NCBI GenBank assembly: GCA_963667175.2
Contig: CAXXXF010000006.1
Location: 288,001 to 352,000, forward strand
Direction: 5' to 3'
Length of the DNA stretch: 64,000 bases
DNA from: Candidatus Latescibacterota bacterium
Lineage (GTDB): Bacteria; Latescibacterota; UBA2968; GCA-2709665
Below are positions 54,968-64,000 of this stretch, in pieces (position 1 is the first letter of the stretch; each line of letters opens with the position of its first letter). The notes under the pieces are model-generated. The model saw nothing but the letters and a program-made list of their open reading frames with translations. It was not told the origin of the DNA and ran no database searches. The translations under genes and the position numbers were made by a program.

Positions 54968-55654
54968 CTACATGATTCCGAACCGGTCGAACGCTTCTCT
55001 CGAGGACATCCCGCCTTCAATCGCCTCCCGGACCCGGTTCTCACCCCTCACCTTGTCCAGCGCCCGGTGAATGACGTCGGGCACGGAACCGGACGGGACG
55101 ATCACCACGCCGTCCAGGTCGCCGAATACGATATCGCCGGGTGAGACCGCGGCTCCGTTTGAAAACTCAAGTGTACAGCGGTAGTCGACCACGCGCCCCC
55201 GAACCCGCTGGTCCTGCGCGTACCGACCGGCGCAGAACGTCGGAAAGTTCAATTCCAGGATGCCCCTGGTATCGCGGCTGAATCCGTCCAAGACGGCGCC
55301 CGCCGCGCCCAGCTTCAACGCTCTCGTACTCAACAGTTCACCCCAGAGCGCGTAGGTGGGCGACGCCCCCGTACAGATATAGACGTCGTTCGCGCCCAGA
55401 TCGTCGAGCGCCTCGAACATCAGGCCGAACGCCCGGTTGCCTTCCGCGGAACGGTCGTCCGGGTCCGTATAATCGGCCTCCAGGACCGGCATCGCGCGCC
55501 CCGCCACGACCATATCTTCTCGCAACGGCTGAATCTCCGGCGGCAGGAACTGCCTGACCAGGCCCGCCTTGTCCATCACGTCGCCGACCACGGCGGTGAA
55601 CAACTCCCGCTTCATCAACTCGAAAAGACCGGCGTCGTCGCGCCACTCCGCCAT
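54968..55654 (-). CDS. RraA/HMG aldolase family protein
   Basis: VVGDVMD, ALWGELLS, DGFSRD, PGDIVFGDLDGVV. Confidence 0.9.
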   Translation of the reverse strand: MAEWRDDAGLFELMKRELFTAVVGDVMDKAGLVRQFLPPEIQPLREDMVVAGRAMPVLEADYTDPDDRSAEGNRAFGLMFEALDDLGANDVYICTGASPTYALWGELLSTRALKLGAAGAVLDGFSRDTRGILELNFPTFCAGRYAQDQRVRGRVVDYRCTLEFSNGAAVSPGDIVFGDLDGVVIVPSGSVPDVIHRALDKVRGENRVREAIEGGMSSREAFDRFGIM

Positions 55655-55802
55655 AACGTGTCTTCCTTTACTCCGCGTTTACTCAAGCTTGCCGCACGGG
55701 GACCGAATGATCCGGCGATTGGAAGATACGCGCCACCGGCCCGATGATCAACGGTTTTGTGACCGCGCGCATCGTGACGGCCCACGTCCCCGTTGATAGG
55801 GG

Positions 55803-55831
55803 TTGACTTGCGGTTCCGGCCCGCCTATCAT
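55803..55831 (+). promoter_or_regulatory. Putative sigma70 promoter
   Basis: TTGACT-17 bp-TATCAT. Confidence 0.55.
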
Positions 55832-55869
55832 ATCGCCCGTCGGTCGCCCCCGCCACAGAGGAACACCCC

Positions 55870-57276
55870 ATGTCCCACAGCAGCCTCTTCACGTACCGTA
55901 CCCACGGCGGTGTCTGCGCCGGCGAGACATGGATTTACGATCACGACGAGCCCATCGCGCGCCTTGAAGACAAAGTGATCGAACAGCCGGAACAGAACCT
56001 GCGTTATTTCAACGGAAACGCCAAACCCGTCAATTTGCGGGACCTGAAGCTGGCCCCCGGCGGGCGTCCTCTCGTGTGCGGCGTGCAGATGTTCTGGGTA
56101 TTCCAGCACCGTGTGCTTGCCACCACGAATCTCATCGATATCCGGGTGGCGGGCCAGGAAACCGACCGCCTCGTCCTCACGGTGATCACCGCGGACCCGG
56201 GCGGCGTGGCCACCTCGCGCCGTGTGCTCACGTTAACCTACGACGCCGAACTGGCATCGTATATCTACGACTTCAAAGCCCATCTGGATATCCACAGTCC
56301 GGAAGCGCTGGACGGTGACGAGAACGTCCATTTCGAGTATTGCGACCCCTGGTACAACGACGTCCCCGGACCGACCGTCGAGTTCCCGGGGATGTGGCGG
56401 AAACGATACTCGCGTCTCCTGGCGGAAACAGGAGACGGGTCCATCTGGCAGATGCCGCTCAACCACATGGCGACCGGCATTCCGGGCCCCCGATCGCTCA
56501 AGCCGGACGGGGTTCTCGTTCTGGCCGACGATCCGGGAAACAATCCGGCGTTCGAGTTTTCGGGCGACACCGCCGCACGCACGACGGTTGGCGTGTGCAA
56601 CTGGGGATACGACGTCCATTTCGCCGGTCACTACACGCGCGACGAACTCTACGCGCCTCTGTGTGAGCGCTTTCGCATCCGACTCTGTCCGGACAGGAAC
56701 GTGGCGCAGATGATGGCTCGGGCGGAACCCGTTCCCAAAGTCGCGTACAACGGCTTCGAGGAACTTCCCCTTTACGAGCGCAAAACCAGTTTCTCCAACG
56801 GACTGCAACTCAACAGACCCACCACGGGCGACACCGATCCCTGGCCCTGGCTTCCGGAGGGAGAGGGCGCGGAATGGTGCAGGGATCACGGCCGCGCCGA
56901 CCTTTTCTCACTTAAAGTCAGCAAACGGTCGGACGGGCCCACCGAGTGGGTCATGGACCGCGAAAGCGACGGCGCCTGGACCGATCGATGGACCCTTTCA
57001 ACCGGCTTTCGCGTAACCGTGTACATCAAAACCGAAAACGTCCGGGGGCGCGGCGCCTTTCTGGCCTTGCGCTGGGGCATCTTCAACGAACCCGAAAAAT
57101 ATCCGTACGTCTGCTCGCGTAAGCTCACCGGTACCCATGACTGGACGCGGGTCAGCGTAGAGATCCGCGGACCTTCACCGCCGGACAGCGGCGCCGTCTA
57201 CCTCATCCTGCGCCAGGACGGCAGGGGCACAAGCTGGTTCGACGATCTGGAAGTCGAACCCCTGCGGGCCCGTTGA
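55870..57276 (+). CDS. Hypothetical protein with C-terminal CBM-like jelly-roll
   Basis: 468 aa; YIKTENV, LTGTHDWTRVSV, GTSWFDDLEV. Confidence 0.65.
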   Translation: MSHSSLFTYRTHGGVCAGETWIYDHDEPIARLEDKVIEQPEQNLRYFNGNAKPVNLRDLKLAPGGRPLVCGVQMFWVFQHRVLATTNLIDIRVAGQETDRLVLTVITADPGGVATSRRVLTLTYDAELASYIYDFKAHLDIHSPEALDGDENVHFEYCDPWYNDVPGPTVEFPGMWRKRYSRLLAETGDGSIWQMPLNHMATGIPGPRSLKPDGVLVLADDPGNNPAFEFSGDTAARTTVGVCNWGYDVHFAGHYTRDELYAPLCERFRIRLCPDRNVAQMMARAEPVPKVAYNGFEELPLYERKTSFSNGLQLNRPTTGDTDPWPWLPEGEGAEWCRDHGRADLFSLKVSKRSDGPTEWVMDRESDGAWTDRWTLSTGFRVTVYIKTENVRGRGAFLALRWGIFNEPEKYPYVCSRKLTGTHDWTRVSVEIRGPSPPDSGAVYLILRQDGRGTSWFDDLEVEPLRAR

Positions 57277-57376
57277 AAGCTCCAAACGGGGCTGCGGCCG
57301 GCATTGGGCGTCGGAGTCCGGAAGGATTCCCGGCGCCGAACCCGGGCAGTCCGACGGCAAGGGAACCTTCAATCCC

Positions 57377-58645
57377 ATGAAGACCAGCACCGACGTCCTC
57401 ATTATCGGCGGCGGCTCCATCGGCGTCTGCACCGCCCACTATCTGTCGGAAGTGGGAAGGGACGTAGTCCTCGTCGACAAAACCGACGTCTGCGCGGGCA
57501 GTTCTTACGGCAACCAGGGCCTGATCGTTCCCAGTCACAGCATTCCGCTTGCCGCCCCCGGGGTTATCGGGAAAGCGCTCAAGTGGATGTTCGATCCCGG
57601 GAGCCCGTTCTACGTCAAGCCACGGCTGGACCCGGACCTTATCGCATGGCTGTGGCAGTTTCAAGCCGCCTGTACCCCGGCGCGGATGCAGCCGTCCCTG
57701 GCCGCCTTGAGAGACCTCAACCTGGCCAGCGTACAGCTCTTCGCGGAAATCGCCGCCATCGACGGCCTGGATTTCAGCTTCAGGGAAAATGGCGGCCTTA
57801 TGGTTTACGGGACCGAAAAGGGACTTGAGGGTGGCATCCGGGAGGCCGGCCTCCTGTCTGAAAGAGGCATCCGTACGGAAATCCTCGACACGGACGGCCT
57901 CCGAAGGCTGGACCCCGCGGCCAACTACAATGCCGCGGGCGCCGTGTACTATCCGCAGGACGCCCACCTCGTTCCCTCAAAATTCGTTACGGAACTCGCC
58001 CGGCACGTTGCCGAAGACGGCAAGCGCGTCAGGATTCATCCTTCGACGGAGGTCATCGGCTTCCAGGGACGAAACCGCAGGATCCGGACGGTCATAACCA
58101 CGCGGGGCGAGTTCAGCACGAAGGAAGTCGTACTCGCCGGCGGCGCGTGGTCGCCGGGCATCGCCTCGGAACTCGGCATTAAACTGCCGATCCAGGCGGC
58201 CAAAGGCTACAGCGTCACTTTCGAACGACCGGACCGGTGCCCCTCGATTCCGGCCTCGCTCTCAGAAGCCAAGGTTGCCGTCACGCCCATGGGCGACATG
58301 CTGCGGTTTGGCGGCACCCTGGAACTGGCCGGGATGGACATGTCCATCAACAAACGGCGCGTGGCGGCCATCCTCGACGCCGTACCACGCTATCTGCCCG
58401 ACCTGAATCCGAACAGACTGAAACACATCGAAACATGGCGCGGCCTCCGGCCCTGCACCCCGGACGGCCTGCCTTTTCTGGGACGCAGTCCGACGTACGA
58501 TAACCTCACCATTGCGGCCGGACACGCCATGATTGGAATCTCGCTGGGACCCATTACCGGAAAACTCGTCTCGCAGGTGGTCACAGGCCGGACGCCCTCC
58601 ATCGACCTGGCACCCCTGCGGGTGGACAGATTCGCCAATTATTAG
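57377..58645 (+). CDS. FAD-dependent D-amino acid dehydrogenase-like oxidoreductase
   Basis: IIGGGSIG, SYGNQG, AKGYS, GLRPCTPDGLP, GHAMIG. Confidence 0.9.
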   Translation: MKTSTDVLIIGGGSIGVCTAHYLSEVGRDVVLVDKTDVCAGSSYGNQGLIVPSHSIPLAAPGVIGKALKWMFDPGSPFYVKPRLDPDLIAWLWQFQAACTPARMQPSLAALRDLNLASVQLFAEIAAIDGLDFSFRENGGLMVYGTEKGLEGGIREAGLLSERGIRTEILDTDGLRRLDPAANYNAAGAVYYPQDAHLVPSKFVTELARHVAEDGKRVRIHPSTEVIGFQGRNRRIRTVITTRGEFSTKEVVLAGGAWSPGIASELGIKLPIQAAKGYSVTFERPDRCPSIPASLSEAKVAVTPMGDMLRFGGTLELAGMDMSINKRRVAAILDAVPRYLPDLNPNRLKHIETWRGLRPCTPDGLPFLGRSPTYDNLTIAAGHAMIGISLGPITGKLVSQVVTGRTPSIDLAPLRVDRFANY

Positions 58646-58756
58646 ACCTGCGGGGGAGAACAAGGGCACACAGACGCAGGCGCCCCGCAACCGGCACAGC
58701 GCCCGCGCGATCGCTGAATCGCCCGTCCGAACCGGAAAACCAACGAAAGGTCGCGT

Positions 58757-60235
58757 ATGCCCGATTTCATCCGTTCCGACAAACCCAATGTACTGCTGAT
58801 CTGTACCGATCACTGGAGCGGGATGCTCACCGGCGAGGCGGGCCATCCCGTCGTCTCCACGCCGACGATCGACCATCTGGCCAGGTGCGGAGTCTCCTAC
58901 ACGAATGCCTATTCCGCATGCCCCTCCTGTATACCCGCCCGCCGCTCCCTGTTCACCGGCATGAGCCCGAAGGCAAACGGCATGCGCTCGTTTGTCGACG
59001 GCGTTGACTTTCCCGATGCGCCCACGCTCGCTCAGTGCTTTCGCGACGCGGGATATCAGGCCTACGCCGTGGGGAAACTGCACGTCTATCCTCAGCGCCA
59101 CCGGATCGGCTTCGACGACGTCCTCGTGGAGGAGCAGGGCCGCCACATTCATCACGACGTTCCGGATGGCATGGCCGACGACTATGAGCTCTTCCTGGCC
59201 GAACAGGGGTACGGAGGACAGGAGTACGCCAGCGGGATGACACAGAACGAATACATCGCCCGCGCCTGGCACCTGCCCGAGTACTGCCATCCGATAAACT
59301 GGGCGGCCAGGGAAATGTGCAAGACCATCCGCAGGCGGGATCCGCGAAAGCCCGGCTTCTGGTACCTCTCCTTTTCGGCGCCGCATCCGCCCACGACGCC
59401 GCTGCAAACCTACCTGGATCTCTACCGGGATGCGACCCTCGACGAACCGGCCAACGGTAACTGGTCGGAGAACTTCGATGACCTTCCCTACCATATCAAG
59501 ACACTCAGCAACCCGGACAACCTTGCGATGGCGCGCGCCAAGCGCCATGAGTGGGAATTCTCGCGCCGCGCCTATTACGCAACGCTCACCCATATCGACC
59601 ATCAGATCCGGATCGTCATCGGATACCTGCGGGAATGCGGGCTCCTTGACAACACGATCGTCGTCTTTACGAGCGACCACGGCCACATGGTCGGAGAACA
59701 CGGACTGTGGTGTATGACGCCGTTTTACGAAATGTCCGCCAAAATACCGCTGGTCGTCATGCCCGTGAAGGGAGACGCTCGTCTTCCCGCCGGAACACGT
59801 GACGGCCGCCTGGCCGAGTTCGCCGATATCATGCCGACCCTGCTGGACCTGACGGGCGTTCCCATCCCGGACCAGGTCGACCGGCAGAGTCTGGCAGGCG
59901 ACCGGCGCCGCGACGAACTCTACGGCGAACACGGAGAAGGGTCAGCGGCGATGCGCATGGTACACGATGGACGATTCAAACTCATTTACTATCCCGTAGG
60001 AAACCAGGCTCAGCTTTTCGACGTCGAAAATGACCCGCGGGAAACGCGGGACCTCGCCGGGGATGCCGGCCACGCCGGCATCCTTGTCCGATTAAAGAAT
60101 CGTCTCGTCGGGAACCTCTACGGCGAAGATCTCAACTGGCTCGAGGACGGCGAACTCGTCGGCCTTCCCGCCAGGGAATACGTACCCTCGGCCAAGCGTG
60201 CGATGCGCGGCCAGCGCGGCCTTCGGTATATGTGA
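58757..60235 (+). CDS. Sulfatase (formylglycine-dependent)
   Basis: PNVLLICTD, CIPAR (CxPxR), GKLH, PHPP, SDHG. Confidence 0.92.
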   Translation: MPDFIRSDKPNVLLICTDHWSGMLTGEAGHPVVSTPTIDHLARCGVSYTNAYSACPSCIPARRSLFTGMSPKANGMRSFVDGVDFPDAPTLAQCFRDAGYQAYAVGKLHVYPQRHRIGFDDVLVEEQGRHIHHDVPDGMADDYELFLAEQGYGGQEYASGMTQNEYIARAWHLPEYCHPINWAAREMCKTIRRRDPRKPGFWYLSFSAPHPPTTPLQTYLDLYRDATLDEPANGNWSENFDDLPYHIKTLSNPDNLAMARAKRHEWEFSRRAYYATLTHIDHQIRIVIGYLRECGLLDNTIVVFTSDHGHMVGEHGLWCMTPFYEMSAKIPLVVMPVKGDARLPAGTRDGRLAEFADIMPTLLDLTGVPIPDQVDRQSLAGDRRRDELYGEHGEGSAAMRMVHDGRFKLIYYPVGNQAQLFDVENDPRETRDLAGDAGHAGILVRLKNRLVGNLYGEDLNWLEDGELVGLPAREYVPSAKRAMRGQRGLRYM

Positions 60236-60289
60236 CCGGCTTCGCCGCGAGACGCACACAACGCGGTCGCCCACCGGAAGGAGCCCTGC

Positions 60290-62650
60290 ATGCCTTCATC
60301 CGCAGCCGAAACGTCCGCCCGTGCGGTCACGGTGATGATCTACACCCGTTACGAATATCGCAAGGTGTACGCCCGGGTCCACCTGCTCGGCGAAACCCAT
60401 CTCGCGCCAGGGGGCAAAGTGGAACTGGTTCTGTACAGCACGCGTTCCGGGGAGACAAGAGAAAGCAGAGACGTCGGCGCTGTCGGACACGACGAAGTCG
60501 CCTTCGACACCGGGGAAATCCCGTCGGGCTGCTGCGACTTCAAAGCCACGTTTATCGACCGGTTCGGTACCCGCTTTACCACCCGTACGCTGCAGGACAA
60601 GTGGCCGGGCGACTTTCCGTGGCTGGGGTCCCGCGAGGGCATCACCCGTCGGGTACCCGGACCATGGACGCCGCTGAATGCGACCGAAACCGGAGACGGC
60701 CTGGAAATCACCTGCTGGGGCAGAACGTACACCTTTTCGACAACCGCCTTCGCGGCGCAGGCGACGTCAGCCGGCAGCCAGCTGCTTGCCGGTCCCCTGA
60801 GGCCGGTCGCCCGTGTCAACGGCAAAAAGGTCCGCTGGACCGGCGGCCGTCTCGAACTGATCTCGGCGGAGAAAGACCAGGCGGTGTTTAACGTACGTTT
60901 CGAATCCTCCTCCAGCCTGACCGTGTCGGCCAGACTCGAGGTCGACTTCGACGGGACGGCGCGAGTCGACTGGTCCGTCACCGCCGGCACGATCCTGCGC
61001 CTCGACGCGCTCTCGGTTGAAATGCCCGTTGTGAAGGACCACGCGAGATACCTGTACCACTTTCCCGGAAGCTGGGGTGAAGCCAGAAACGTCGGCGCGC
61101 TGCCGAAGCGCGATCTCAAGCTGGGCTTTCGCCCGTACATCTGGCTGGGGGACGAGGACCGCGGCATCTCGCTGTTTGCGGAATCAGACGCGGGCTTTCA
61201 CGTCCGTAATCCGGGGAAAGTGACAGAAATCGTCCGCCGCAAGAACCGGGTACGGCTGCGCGTCAACTGCGTCTCGACGCCAATAAAGCTTCTTCCCGGC
61301 AGCCGCCGGGGCGGGCAGTTTACAGGCTTCGGAACCGAAGACCTCAAGCCGCTCACGCCCGGTGGGGTCGTCACGGACAACCTTCGCTACACCTTCGGAT
61401 TCCAGGCCACGCCCGTCAAGCCCGTTACGGAGGACGCCTGGGACCAACGCGTCTTCTGCATCGGCCAGTCCACAACAGGTTTCAGTTTCCGATTGGACGT
61501 GTCCGACGCCCTCCTGGACAGGTGCGTCGAGTCCGGCGTCCGGGCCGTCGTCCTCTTCGAACACTGGGCCGACGCCGAAGCGTACACCCGAACGCCCCAC
61601 GCCGCCGAAGTCCGGAAGATCGTCAGGGCCTGCAAGGAACGCGGACTTCAGATTCTGCTCTACTTCGGTTTCCTGATCTCGGACATCATCGACGAATGGC
61701 AGGCCGTGGGCAAGGACGCGCTCATCCTGCCCAAGGGCGGATATCCCGTCTTCCACTACCAGCCGCAACCCGAACAATCCGCCTGGCGGGTCTGCCTCAA
61801 CAGCCCTTGGCAGGACCTGCTCGCCGACGGCATGGCGAAGATCATGGATGAATTCGACGTCGACGGCGTCTACCTGGACGGGACCGAATATCCGTTCGGC
61901 TGCTGCAACACCGAGCACGGATGCGGGCACGTAAGGGCTGACGGCAGCATCGCCCAGACCTATCCGATCTTCAGTACGCGATCGGCGATGCGGCGCATCT
62001 ACGACGTCGTAAAGTCCCGCAAGAAAGACGGCCACGTCAACGTGCACAACTCCACCTGCATGACCATGCCCACCCTCGGATGGGCGACCGGCTACTGGGA
62101 CGGCGAGCAATTCCAGGGTGTCGGCGGCGGGGTCGACGTTGCCAAACTTCTGCCTCTGGATGCCTTCCGCGCCGAATTCATGGGCCGGCAGTGGGGCGTT
62201 CCCGCCGAATTCCTCCACGCGGGCGCCGCCTACACGTATGAACAGGCCTGGGCGTTCACGCTTCTGCACGACGTTCCCGTCCGGCCGCACAATGCGGACG
62301 ACGACCTGGATCTCGCCGCCCGGATCTGGAGGGTCATGGACGCATTCGACCGCAGAGCCGCCGATTGGATTCCCTATTGGCGAAACAAGGACCGGATCGG
62401 CGTTTCTCCAGGGAACGCACACGCCAGCATCTATCGCCACCCGGAAAACGGCGTCCTTGCGGCGATCTCCAATATGAGCGGCAAACGCCGGACCGTCACC
62501 GTCAGGTTAGACCGGAAAAAGCTGGGACTCGGGGGAACCTTGAGCGCAATGGATACACTGAAAGAAAAAACCGTCCCGATCCGGGACGGTGTCTTGGAAT
62601 TTTCTCTTTCCAGCCTGGAGTGGAAACTCATCCGGGTGGTCGATGGCTGA
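60290..62650 (+). CDS. Putative glycoside hydrolase (DUF6067-like)
   Basis: VPGPWTPL, PYIWLGDEDRG, DGVYLDG, WDGEQ, FRAEFMGRQWG. Confidence 0.7.
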   Translation: MPSSAAETSARAVTVMIYTRYEYRKVYARVHLLGETHLAPGGKVELVLYSTRSGETRESRDVGAVGHDEVAFDTGEIPSGCCDFKATFIDRFGTRFTTRTLQDKWPGDFPWLGSREGITRRVPGPWTPLNATETGDGLEITCWGRTYTFSTTAFAAQATSAGSQLLAGPLRPVARVNGKKVRWTGGRLELISAEKDQAVFNVRFESSSSLTVSARLEVDFDGTARVDWSVTAGTILRLDALSVEMPVVKDHARYLYHFPGSWGEARNVGALPKRDLKLGFRPYIWLGDEDRGISLFAESDAGFHVRNPGKVTEIVRRKNRVRLRVNCVSTPIKLLPGSRRGGQFTGFGTEDLKPLTPGGVVTDNLRYTFGFQATPVKPVTEDAWDQRVFCIGQSTTGFSFRLDVSDALLDRCVESGVRAVVLFEHWADAEAYTRTPHAAEVRKIVRACKERGLQILLYFGFLISDIIDEWQAVGKDALILPKGGYPVFHYQPQPEQSAWRVCLNSPWQDLLADGMAKIMDEFDVDGVYLDGTEYPFGCCNTEHGCGHVRADGSIAQTYPIFSTRSAMRRIYDVVKSRKKDGHVNVHNSTCMTMPTLGWATGYWDGEQFQGVGGGVDVAKLLPLDAFRAEFMGRQWGVPAEFLHAGAAYTYEQAWAFTLLHDVPVRPHNADDDLDLAARIWRVMDAFDRRAADWIPYWRNKDRIGVSPGNAHASIYRHPENGVLAAISNMSGKRRTVTVRLDRKKLGLGGTLSAMDTLKEKTVPIRDGVLEFSLSSLEWKLIRVVDG

Positions 62651-62658
62651 ACGGCGTT

Positions 62659-63639
62659 TCAGGATTCATTGACTGCCTGCAACAGGGCGTGGATGTACCC
62701 GTAGGTATAGGCGAATGCGACTTGAGCCGATGCCTCGCCCGATATTCCGGGGACGTGATCCGGCATGATCATATACTCGTAACCCACCTCCCTGAACGTC
62801 CGCAACGCTTTCAGCATGTCCACGTCGCCTTCGTCGGGAAATACCTCCACAAAGTCCCGGAATCCGCCCCGTATATTTCGAAAGTGCAGGTTGAAGATTT
62901 TCTTGCGGCGGCCGAACCAGCGGATAATCTCGTAGATTTCCTCGCCGGGGTCTTCGAGGCTCTCCGAAATCGTGCCGAGACAGAAATTCAGACCATTGTA
63001 AGGGCTGTCGTATGTCTCGACGAACCTCTTCAACCCGTCCACCATGCCCATCACCCGGGCGACGCCCCGGTACGTGACGTCCCCTATTCCCGGGTCGGAT
63101 GGATGACAGGCCATCTGGATCCGGTATTCTTCGGCCACCGGCATTATACGTCCGAGCCAGTATTCGATACGTTCCCACATCGTATCGGCATCGGCCGCCC
63201 CGCCTTCGAACGCTCCCAGCGTCTGGTCCAGTTTTGTGTATTCAAACGAGGATAGCCGCGCCCCGCCGCGGCCGGTTCTGGACCCGGTCCGGAGGTGACC
63301 GAGTATGGTTACGTTGTAGTTCAAGCCGCGAAGCCCCGCTTTCGAGGCCATCCTCACGATTTCGCACAGGCGGTCGATCTGCCGTTCCCGTTCATCGCTC
63401 GGGCCCAGGAAGACGGCGCCCGCCGGATTCCTGAAGGCGCTGCCCGATCCGAGCGGGATGTGAATCATCTCGAGATTGATGCCGTACCTGTCAAATCGCT
63501 CGCGCATCCGGATGAGCATCTCCGCCGACCAGTCGGTCCATGGCGCCGACGGCGTCTGGTCTACGTGATACACACCCAGTTGCGACAGGACTTCGATGTC
63601 GGTATCATGCCGGCATCCGACTTGCGTCCCTATGTACAT
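62659..63639 (-). CDS. Mannonate dehydratase (UxuA-like)
   Basis: ACHPSDP, NGLNFCLG, LHFRNI, FPDEGDVDM, PDHVP; ATG 63639. Confidence 0.85.
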   Translation of the reverse strand: MYIGTQVGCRHDTDIEVLSQLGVYHVDQTPSAPWTDWSAEMLIRMRERFDRYGINLEMIHIPLGSGSAFRNPAGAVFLGPSDERERQIDRLCEIVRMASKAGLRGLNYNVTILGHLRTGSRTGRGGARLSSFEYTKLDQTLGAFEGGAADADTMWERIEYWLGRIMPVAEEYRIQMACHPSDPGIGDVTYRGVARVMGMVDGLKRFVETYDSPYNGLNFCLGTISESLEDPGEEIYEIIRWFGRRKKIFNLHFRNIRGGFRDFVEVFPDEGDVDMLKALRTFREVGYEYMIMPDHVPGISGEASAQVAFAYTYGYIHALLQAVNES

Positions 63640-63676
63640 TCTTGAATCCTCTCGATGGAATCCACAGAACCTGGCA

Positions 63677-64000
63677 TTACAGCACGCCGATCGTCGGGCG
63701 GGACGGCATCGCAGCGGCAAACTGCGCCACGCTCTCCCATGGCGGTTTCAGCGCATGCCGGGAGGCGACGGGCTCGGGCTGCCGATAGCGCACGTGCACG
63801 GTGTGTCGTGGACGGGACGTGTGCCTGACGGATCCGCAGTGGTAGCTGCAATTGTTGAACAACACAGCCGTTCCCGCGCGACCGTATATATCGACACGAC
63901 CCGTGCGCCGGGTCAGTTCGCGTCCGAAAGCATCCACCCAGACGGGACGCTCCGGATCGACGTAACTCACGTCGGCGTCGTCGATGCGCAGCCGATCCCG
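63677..64000 (-). CDS. PhyH-family dioxygenase, 3' part (start outside window)
   Basis: GRAGTAVLFNNCSYHCG...RHTVHVRY. Confidence 0.65.
   Translation of the reverse strand, partial: RDRLRIDDADVSYVDPERPVWVDAFGRELTRRTGRVDIYGRAGTAVLFNNCSYHCGSVRHTSRPRHTVHVRYRQPEPVASRHALKPPWESVAQFAAAMPSRPTIGVL

Noticed and set aside
1-64000. tRNA/rRNA genes
   Set aside because: No cloverleaf or rRNA signature noticed by eye; tRNAscan and Infernal were not run

Overview
GC-rich bacterial window. Its gene content (GWxTD/TPR proteins, a PorV-family barrel, CarboxypepD_reg TonB receptors, a DUF6785-type transporter, CRTAC1, many Gfo/Idh/MocA and PhyH enzymes) resembles an FCB-superphylum organism such as Ca. Latescibacterota; this is an inference. 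The left end (1-8 kb) and right end (49-64 kb) are catabolic operons. The middle (8-49 kb) encodes envelope proteins, a hicAB toxin-antitoxin pair, a complete IS (32928-34737, TIRs plus 6-bp TSD) and a complete group II intron (34952-36930). The main unexplained structure is a family of A-rich, strand-biased modular intergenic repeats. It occurs at 6 loci, has tandem units of about 166 or 193 bp, and contains five exact copies of a 24-mer. The intron sits exactly inside the conserved A^CATGGAT core of one unit, its EBS1 loop (CAUGGAU) is complementary to that core, and six empty cores lie nearby. A second, tiny palindromic element (CCTGYC...GRCAGG, 19-28 bp) is inserted at G^CG in four places, including filled/empty site pairs and an in-frame copy inside a CDS. 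All protein calls come from motif recognition by eye; no database search was run.
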